Source: Lentimicrobiaceae bacterium
GTDB lineage: Bacteria > Bacteroidota > Bacteroidia > Bacteroidales > SKPS01
Length of the DNA stretch: 32,419 nt
Assembly: GCA_007119395.1 (NCBI GenBank)
Contig: SKPS01000153.1
Location: 1 to 32,419, forward strand
Reading direction: 5' to 3'
This document shows, one piece after another, positions 26,066 through 32,419 of this stretch. Made by a program: the position numbers and the translations under genes. The first letter of the stretch is position 1; each line of letters starts with the position of its first letter. A model generated the notes under the pieces. The model saw only the letters and a program-made list of their open reading frames with translations. It was not told the origin of the DNA and made no database searches.

Positions 26066-27084
26066 GGCCTGCCGTTTTTAAAGAGATCATGGATGTCCAT
26101 GATGCCGATTGGCTTACCATCTTTGGTAACCACAATGTTATCGATTTTCTTTTTCCTGAACAACAATGAAGCATTGTGCAGTGACTCCTCTGCATCGATG
26201 CAGACAGGTGTTTTCACGGGCATGGTATCGAGCTTTTTACGAAGAATTCCTTCCCCTTGTTGCTCAAGCATTCTACGCAGGTCTCCATCGGTGAAGATTC
26301 CTATCAGTGCTCCGTTGTCGTCTGTGATGCTGACGGCGCCAAACTGTGAAGTGGTCATAATGACCAGTGCATCCAGGATGGTTTTATGATGGCTTATGGT
26401 GGAGGGTGCATCTGAGATCACCTGGTGAACCTTAAGGGTGATGAGTCTGGTGTGCTCAAAGAACTGCTGTGTGCCAATGTCGGTGAAATGGTTTTTGAAC
26501 AATTGCTTCATCACCTTCCAGGGAATGGTACAGGCATGTACGCCAAGGTTCAATGCGTTGCGAACGTGTTCTGAATGCCTGACGGATGAGAACATAATTT
26601 TCGAAGGATATCGGTACCTGTCGGTGATCTCAACACATTGCCTGATGAGCCCCAGTGCGTCGTGCCCTTCGTCCTGCAATCGGCCTACCAATGGGCACAC
26701 ATAGGTGGCCCCTGCCGACAACGCCATATAGGCCTGCTGAATCGTATAGACTAGATGTACGTTCACCATCAGCCCTTGATCAATCAACTGCCTGCACGCC
26801 TTTATGCCGTCGGTGCTGACAGGGATTTTAAAGACTGTTCGTGACGGGTCGAGGCCCAATCCGATCAAACGATGCGCTTCAGAACAGATCTCCTCAGCAT
26901 CTTCTCCCAGTGCTTCCACCTGCAAAACAGGCACCCTGGTGGAGAGCTGAAGAATGGTGCTGTTGATGTCTGTGATACCATCACGGTGCATAAAAGTTGG
27001 TGTGGTGGTAAGCCCCGCAAGGATGCCCAATGACGCGGCCTCTTCAATCTCTTCAATATTGGCTGAATCAAGGTATAATTCCAT
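26062..27084 (-). CDS. Transaldolase/fructose-6-phosphate-aldolase family barrel fused to a C-terminal KdsD/KpsF-type CBS pair
   Basis: Residues 1-212: MELYLDSA, GLTTTPT, VFKIP (Schiff-base Lys86), AGATYVCPLVGRL, SSVR and CTIP. Residues ~214-340: LIGIFTDGDLRR and GIMDIHDL. Start placed at ATG 27084. Confidence 0.88.
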   Translation of the reverse strand: MELYLDSANIEEIEEAASLGILAGLTTTPTFMHRDGITDINSTILQLSTRVPVLQVEALGEDAEEICSEAHRLIGLGLDPSRTVFKIPVSTDGIKACRQLIDQGLMVNVHLVYTIQQAYMALSAGATYVCPLVGRLQDEGHDALGLIRQCVEITDRYRYPSKIMFSSVRHSEHVRNALNLGVHACTIPWKVMKQLFKNHFTDIGTQQFFEHTRLITLKVHQVISDAPSTISHHKTILDALVIMTTSQFGAVSITDDNGALIGIFTDGDLRRMLEQQGEGILRKKLDTMPVKTPVCIDAEESLHNASLLFRKKKIDNIVVTKDGKPIGIMDIHDLFKNGRP

Positions 27085-27964
27085 GTTCGTTTTTGTATTG
27101 GTTGATCGTGTTATGTATCTCAAGCAGTGGTTTTAAAAACATTTCCAAGTGTTGGGTATGCATTTGGCTTGCTGCATCGCACAACGCTTTGTCTGGTGCT
27201 GTGTGGGTTTCAATGAAAAGTCCGTCAATGCCTGCTGCCACGGCACTTCGTGCCAGTACACTCAAATATTCACGGGAACCGCCGGCTGGGTTGGAGCTTG
27301 GAATTCCATATCGTCTTACTGAATGTGTAACATCAAATACCACCGGGCATCCGGTTCGTTGCAGATGGTAAAAGCTCCGTGGATCAACCACCAGGTCGTT
27401 GTAACCAAAAGAGTAACCTCGCTCGGTTACCAGGATATTTCTGTTCCCTGCAGCCTCCACCTTGGCAACAGGCTTCAACATCTGTTCCGGTGCCAGAAAC
27501 TGACCTCGTTTGATGTTGACGACCTTGTTCGTTGAGGCCACCTTTTCCAATAGCTCGGTCTGCATGCATAGGTAGGCTGGTATTTGCAATACATCCAATA
27601 CAGCTGCCGCCTCATCAACGTGTTCGGGATAGTGCACATCCGATAACACAGGGAAGCCAAAATCGCCTCTGATCCGTTCCAGAATCCGCAACCCTTTTTC
27701 AAGCCCGGGGCCACGGTAGTAATTGGCAACACTGCGGTTGTCTTTGAGGAAAGAGGATTTGAAAATCACAGGTATGTTTAATCTGGCTGAAATACCTGCC
27801 AGTTGCTCAGCTACCTGCATCATAAGAGGCTCCTCTTCAATCACACAAGGGCCTGAAATTAAAAAGAGGGGAGGTGCTCCGCATACCAAGTCACCTATCA
27901 CCACCTGATGCTTTGTGCGTGACAGGTGACGATCGATTGGCCTAAGGTTGTTTTTCGTAGTCAT
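27068..27964 (-). CDS. kdsA: 3-deoxy-8-phosphooctulonate (KDO8P) synthase-like, non-canonical motifs
   Basis: Motifs GPCVIE, RGPG, SDVH, QIPA, GQF, ERG.SFGYNDLVVD, FDVTHSV and GLFIETH..P..ALCD. Start placed at ATG 27964. Confidence 0.85.
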   Translation of the reverse strand: MTTKNNLRPIDRHLSRTKHQVVIGDLVCGAPPLFLISGPCVIEEEPLMMQVAEQLAGISARLNIPVIFKSSFLKDNRSVANYYRGPGLEKGLRILERIRGDFGFPVLSDVHYPEHVDEAAAVLDVLQIPAYLCMQTELLEKVASTNKVVNIKRGQFLAPEQMLKPVAKVEAAGNRNILVTERGYSFGYNDLVVDPRSFYHLQRTGCPVVFDVTHSVRRYGIPSSNPAGGSREYLSVLARSAVAAGIDGLFIETHTAPDKALCDAASQMHTQHLEMFLKPLLEIHNTINQYKNEHGIIP

Positions 27965-27978
27965 ATCTGCATTGCTGG

Positions 27979-29787
27979 TTAAAAACTGATTTCCCAAACT
28001 ACCTCTTCCTCCCAGTTGGCTCGCAAAGAGACGGCACTGGGGATCACCTTCACTTTTTCGGGTTGTATTCTTTTCCAATAGTCACCGGTATCCCACCTGC
28101 CATTGCCATTGCTGTCGAGAATCGCTTTCAGGTAGTACTGTCCGGCAGGCAGGTATGGGAAAGTGATGGCCCCATCCTCAGAGAGGTTGCCACGGGTTAT
28201 CTCATTCATTCTTTCATCTGTGAGCAGCACAATCACTGAGGTTGCCTGCTCACCTTCCAATCCTGAAATCAACGTAAGGGTTCCAAAGTCTTCGCTGCGT
28301 GCCGGTGTAAAATGATAGCGGATGGTATCGTTGTTTGTGCCATCCCAGCCTGTAATCATTCCGGCGGGAATCATCAGGGTATACTCTGTGCCCTGTTCCA
28401 GGGTATTGGTAATTGCGAAGCGTATGGGTACCAGGGAGTCGATCACCTGAAGCTGCAGCGGGATAGTGTCTTCAGAAGTGGAGAGTGTGCTGCTGGTCAG
28501 GTCTATATGGCTCAATGGTGACGAGAAGGTAATGATGGGGTCACGTGCTGGCCTCAAAGAGCCACCGCGAGGCACATTCATCGACAGGGTGGTGGTGGGT
28601 TCCCGTAACCTGGTTCGGCCGGTACCGGTGGGCTGCCGAAGAGCAGTCCGCAGCGTGTCTGCGAAATAGGGTGTGTCAACAATAGCAAGCGGCAATGCTT
28701 CAAAGGTGTGTTGCTGTAACCATACCCACAAGGTGTCACGACCGGGCGTTAATTGCCATAGCATGATGGAGTCGAGACCCGGCTCAGGAGAAAAGATGTC
28801 AGGTTGCTGAACCGGATAACGGAATGCTACATACGCTTTGTTCCTGCCGTCTGATCGCGATGTAACCACTCTTTGGACACTGTCCTCTCCAACGAACATA
28901 CGCAATACAAAAGGTTCAGAATGTGTGGTGACTGTGTCTGTTCCATTTTCTGTGAGCGTATCCAATGTTGATTCATCGGTGGTGATAACAGCCGAGAGTG
29001 TATCGGAGAGCCCGGCGTTGCTCAAGGTGTCAGGATCGTCCGGTGGAGGCGACGGCATCCGCCATGGTCTCACAGGCTCGCTGTGAAAGGCCACCCCTTC
29101 GGTGAGGAGGTCGTAACGCATGTTGTTGTTCAGGTCAGCCAAGGCAAACAAATGATACAGCGTGTCAGCAATGTGTTGAAATTCAAAATGGCCGTTTTGG
29201 TCAGGGCGCGTAACATACCGCGGCTTCTCCAGGGCCACGGCTGAATCGCTCATGGGGAGCTTGTAGAGCATCACCAGGATGTTCTCTTCAACCTCCTGAT
29301 CCCACGCATTGAACACCCTCCCTTTAATGGTGTGCTGATCGATCTGCGGACCGGTTGAAAAGTAATAGGTATATGGTGGCAGCGGGTTCCCTTCGGTGAT
29401 GTCTTTGATGGCATCACCAAAGAAAAAGGCATAGGTTGCATTGGAGATTAAAGTGTCATGGAACCTGATGGTAAGATTTCTGCCACGAAGTCTTATCTCT
29501 ACCGGATTAGCAAGAGGTGGTGAAACGAGGAGCTGTTGCTGCAGGTTTCCGGTTTGAATGAACTCACTAAAGCGCAATGTAAAGCTGTTCTCTGTGAAAT
29601 CGACACCACCGGAGGGGGGTGTCTCCAGGATCACTTCCGGCGGAGTGGTATCACGCGGGCCACCCGTGGGAGATACAATGTTAGCACAACCGGCAGTCAA
29701 CAATGCAAGCAGATAGATGATCCCCCTTTTCGGCACGGCCGAAGTGATCTTGTGTCGCAGGTTCTGCATTATACAAAGTTCTTTCAT
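27979..29787 (-). CDS. Lipoprotein with Ig-like (Big_5/SbsA-like) domains
   Basis: Lipobox LTAG-C followed by ANIVSPTGGPRDTTPP and FSEFI; DxNxN-type loops; C-terminal ANWE. Confidence 0.8.
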   Translation of the reverse strand: MKELCIMQNLRHKITSAVPKRGIIYLLALLTAGCANIVSPTGGPRDTTPPEVILETPPSGGVDFTENSFTLRFSEFIQTGNLQQQLLVSPPLANPVEIRLRGRNLTIRFHDTLISNATYAFFFGDAIKDITEGNPLPPYTYYFSTGPQIDQHTIKGRVFNAWDQEVEENILVMLYKLPMSDSAVALEKPRYVTRPDQNGHFEFQHIADTLYHLFALADLNNNMRYDLLTEGVAFHSEPVRPWRMPSPPPDDPDTLSNAGLSDTLSAVITTDESTLDTLTENGTDTVTTHSEPFVLRMFVGEDSVQRVVTSRSDGRNKAYVAFRYPVQQPDIFSPEPGLDSIMLWQLTPGRDTLWVWLQQHTFEALPLAIVDTPYFADTLRTALRQPTGTGRTRLREPTTTLSMNVPRGGSLRPARDPIITFSSPLSHIDLTSSTLSTSEDTIPLQLQVIDSLVPIRFAITNTLEQGTEYTLMIPAGMITGWDGTNNDTIRYHFTPARSEDFGTLTLISGLEGEQATSVIVLLTDERMNEITRGNLSEDGAITFPYLPAGQYYLKAILDSNGNGRWDTGDYWKRIQPEKVKVIPSAVSLRANWEEEVVWEISF

Positions 29788-31010
29788 AGTTTGAATTCTA
29801 CTACATCAGGTGACAACCGTCGTACCGGCAGCCAGGCAGCCAGCAAACCAATGGTCATCACCGAGAAAAATATCAGCACAAAATCAGCCCAATGAATCTT
29901 TACGGGATAAGTATCGAAAACCAGGGTATCCGCTACCCCAATGCCAATGAGACCAAACTGTTGCTGTATCCAGGCCAGCAACCCTCCGATAAAAAGGCCC
30001 GTGACAACACCCACGAAAGAGATCTGTAGCCCCTCGAGTAAAAAGATTCTGCGGATGATGCGGTTGCTGGCTCCCATTGCCTGCAAAATGGCGATGTCTT
30101 TCTTTTTCTCCAGAATCAGCATTGTAAGAGACCCGACAACGTTGAAGATGGCCAGTAACAGAATAAAAGAGAGGATGGCAAAGATCGCCCATTTCTCTGA
30201 TCGTATGATTCTGTATAAAAGCTCCTGTTGCTCAAACCGGTCTTGAATCACATATTTCTCTCCCATCAATTGCTGCAACTGCTCTTTGATTCGACGTGTT
30301 GATGCGTTGGGCTTCAGGCCGAGTTCCAGTGAAGTGATTTCGTTGTCGTATGCCATCAGGTCACGCATAAGGTCTATGGGTACCAAAACATACCGGTTGT
30401 CGATCTCTTGTTGCACGGAAAACACCCCTGATGGCCACATCTCTCTGGTGGTGAAAGCCGAAAGTCTGTCGCCGGGTGAAGCAAACCGGTTGGCCATGTA
30501 CACCTCTACGGGGTGTTCAGCCACATCGATGATGGCACCCAGCCTGAAAGCAACACCCGATCCAAAGACTGCACGCGGCATCCTTCCGGGTGCCACCACA
30601 AAGTTGCCCGCATAGACCATGGTGTCCAACCCTGTCATCTCATCGTAATAACCGCTAACACCTTTTAGTGTTGCCAAATGCTGCTTTTCACGGAAACGCA
30701 ATAAAGCGTTCTCTTCGATCACCTCATGGTAATGAACAATCCCTTCCACACCTCTGATCTCCTGAGCCATATATTCGTCGATCTCAAAGGTCTTCCCTTC
30801 AGCAGCCGTAACCCTGATGTCAGGGTGAAAAGCATTGAACAGAGAAAGCACCACCCCTTCAAATCCATTAAAAACAGACAATACCAAAATAAACGCCATG
30901 CTGCCACCCATCACCCCAATGGCCGAAATCGCAGAAATCAGGTTGATGGCATTGTGCTTCTTTTTTGAAAGGAGGTAACGCCTGGCTATATATAATGGAA
31001 AGAGATTCAT
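29784..31010 (-). CDS. LolC/E-like (FtsX/MacB family) ABC transporter permease
   Basis: Motifs IARRYL, VLSVFNGF, large periplasmic domain, EKKKDIAILQAMGA...IRRIFLLEG and YPV; ATGA overlap with rbfA. Confidence 0.88.
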   Translation of the reverse strand: MNLFPLYIARRYLLSKKKHNAINLISAISAIGVMGGSMAFILVLSVFNGFEGVVLSLFNAFHPDIRVTAAEGKTFEIDEYMAQEIRGVEGIVHYHEVIEENALLRFREKQHLATLKGVSGYYDEMTGLDTMVYAGNFVVAPGRMPRAVFGSGVAFRLGAIIDVAEHPVEVYMANRFASPGDRLSAFTTREMWPSGVFSVQQEIDNRYVLVPIDLMRDLMAYDNEITSLELGLKPNASTRRIKEQLQQLMGEKYVIQDRFEQQELLYRIIRSEKWAIFAILSFILLLAIFNVVGSLTMLILEKKKDIAILQAMGASNRIIRRIFLLEGLQISFVGVVTGLFIGGLLAWIQQQFGLIGIGVADTLVFDTYPVKIHWADFVLIFFSVMTIGLLAAWLPVRRLSPDVVEFKL

Positions 31011-31348
31011 TCCTGCAATAACCGGTCAATGTTGTCGATATAGTCCAATGAATCATCTTCATAAAACTCTAACGCAGGAATCACCCTTAACTGATGTCGC
31101 ATGGCACGCCCCAGTTGAAACCGGATTTCACCCCCCTTTTCACGGATCTTCTCCACCAATAACGATTTGTCAGTTGTGCCAAATATACTCAGGTACACTC
31201 TGGCTATCTGCAAATCTTTCGTAATGCGTACTCCGGTTACCGTAACCAAAGCACCACTCCCCCAGATACCCTGACCCTCGCGCTGAAACAGCTCTCCCAT
31301 CTCCTTCTGTATCTGCTTTGAAACACGTTGTTGTCTGACAGAATCCAT
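31007..31348 (-). CDS. rbfA: Ribosome-binding factor A
   Basis: Motifs RQQRVSKQIQKE, VTVTGVRITKDLQIARVYLS and LRVIPALEFYEDDSL. ATG 31348 chosen because the promoter box lies downstream of ATG 31393. Confidence 0.95.
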   Translation of the reverse strand: MDSVRQQRVSKQIQKEMGELFQREGQGIWGSGALVTVTGVRITKDLQIARVYLSIFGTTDKSLLVEKIREKGGEIRFQLGRAMRHQLRVIPALEFYEDDSLDYIDNIDRLLQE

Positions 31349-31376
31349 CGTTGTGCATTTATCGGTTGTGATGTGG

Positions 31377-31405
31377 CAAAGATAACGTTTCATCCGTTAC
31401 CTTTG
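31377..31405. promoter_or_regulatory. Back-to-back divergent -7 boxes: TATCTTTG (minus, 31377-31384, rbfA operon) and TACCTTTG (plus, 31398-31405)
   Basis: Two perfect TAnnTTTG matches 13 nt apart on opposite strands. Confidence 0.65.
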
Positions 31406-31509
31406 CCGAACTGTTTTATAAATGTGTTTGTTATACATTCACACCGTTATTAACATCCAGCGGTTTTTATTCACAGTGTATATTGTATCTATAACAAAAA
31501 CAAATTGTT

Positions 31510-31989
31510 ATGCCAAGGCATATCCAATGCAATACCCCAACACCTGACCCGCGTATGGTCACCTTTGTTCGTGAGCACCATGTGATGACCCTCGCTACCA
31601 CCGATGCATCGATGACCCCATGGTGCGCATCGTGCTTTTATGTGTATATGCCCAAAACAAACCAATTCGTCTTTACCACAGATGAAGAGACACGCCATGG
31701 CCGACAGATGATCGACAATCCGGTAGTAGGTGCATGTATCGCTTTGGAAACCAATATTACAGGCAAAATTCGGGGGGTCCAAATCACCGGTGTGGTAAAA
31801 AAAGCCACAGGCAAAGAACACTTCAGGGCCTCTTTGGCTTTCCTTAGAAAATTTCCGATCGCAGCCCTGAAAAAAACCACCCTGTGGATCCTCGAACCAC
31901 ACCATATTAAAATGACCGATAACCGGCTTGGTTTCGGAGTAAAACTGCTGTGGGACCAACCTGTATCATCGGACAGTAGCACAACATAG
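31510..31989 (+). CDS. Pyridoxamine 5'-phosphate oxidase-like / YhbP (UPF0306) family protein
   Basis: Motifs HHVMTLAT, PWCASCFY, TRH, IRGVQITG and IKMTDNRLGFGVKL.W. Confidence 0.85.
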   Translation: MPRHIQCNTPTPDPRMVTFVREHHVMTLATTDASMTPWCASCFYVYMPKTNQFVFTTDEETRHGRQMIDNPVVGACIALETNITGKIRGVQITGVVKKATGKEHFRASLAFLRKFPIAALKKTTLWILEPHHIKMTDNRLGFGVKLLWDQPVSSDSSTT

Positions 31990-32145
31990 CCGATACCAGA
32001 CAGATGGAGCATGTGTTTATAATATTGATTTAGAACAAATTAACATAATCAAGGGGTCGTTACGGATTTATTACGGTTTTTTGTGCTCTTATGCAGTGTG
32101 TTAAGTCGTCACGTTGAAAACTCCATCGGATTGTTAAAAAAAAAG

Positions 32146-32178
32146 TGTTGCCCACAGCGAGTTGTCGGGTTATCTTCG
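32146..32178 (+). promoter_or_regulatory. Possible promoter (-33 GTTG, 21-nt spacer, -7 TATCTTCG)
   Basis: One-mismatch -7 box with a correctly spaced TTG, upstream of the ORF at 32274. Confidence 0.4.
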
Positions 32179-32273
32179 TTAGCGAAAAACTGCCTGGGAT
32201 TTATTTTTACAGTGTGTTAAAAACCAAGCTATTAAAGAAAACGTTACGATAATTTTTTTTGAAAGGAAGAGGG

Positions 32274-32419
32274 ATGGAAGTTAAATCAATGACTGACGTG
32301 AACAAGGCGTCTGAGGCTACTAACAAAGAGAAAGAGTTGTACGACGTGCTGAAAGACCGGGTGAGGCCGTCGTCGTCAGAAAAGGAGGTACACATGGAGG
32401 AGAGCTCCGACAGGAACCA
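32274..32419 (+). CDS. N-terminus of an unidentified protein, truncated by window end
   Basis: ATG at 32274 with frame open to the end (MEVKSMTDVNKASEATNKEKELYDVLKDRVRPSSSEKEVHMEESSDRN); preceded by a purine-rich stretch and a candidate promoter. Confidence 0.5.
   Translation, partial: MEVKSMTDVNKASEATNKEKELYDVLKDRVRPSSSEKEVHMEESSDRN

Noticed and set aside
27965-28078. 38-aa N-terminal extension of KdsA in the ORF track
   Set aside because: It overlaps the upstream lipoprotein CDS; ATG 27964, 14 nt after that stop, is more plausible.
31471-31490. CACAGTGTATATTGTA resembling an NrdR box
   Set aside because: Single imperfect copy in AT-rich DNA with no identifiable ribonucleotide reductase gene next to it.
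1-32419. CRISPR arrays, tRNA/rRNA, IS elements, prophage or defence genes
   Set aside because: No regularly spaced repeats, cloverleaf or rRNA signatures, transposase or integrase ORFs were seen, and the intergenic gaps are short and mostly explained by promoters and terminators.

Overview
Core-genome segment of an anaerobic Bacteroidota bacterium, probably Bacteroidales/Marinilabiliales-like (inferred from gene content and many TAnnTTTG -7 promoter boxes). It holds about 31 CDS, mostly on the minus strand. I found no rRNA, tRNA, CRISPR array or mobile element. Contents include pta-ackA, a flavin reductase-rubredoxin fusion, a stand-alone keto-acid carboxyltransferase, dxs, murI, the DUF4271-hemD-rnpA-yidD-S41 cluster, yebC, a methylmalonyl-CoA epimerase/Na+-translocating decarboxylase operon and an rbfA-led envelope operon. 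The most interesting element is the end of that last operon (25355-27964), a non-canonical Kdo-type cassette. Its KdsA has altered substrate motifs (KDNRS instead of KANRS, PAYLCM instead of PAFLxR). Next comes a transaldolase/FSA barrel with rewired active-site residues fused to a KdsD-type CBS pair, resembling KdsD with the SIS isomerase domain replaced. Last is a divergent KdsC-like HAD phosphatase. This suggests an undescribed route to arabinose-5-phosphate/Kdo or to a different ulosonic acid. All family calls come from motif recognition by eye; no database searches were run.
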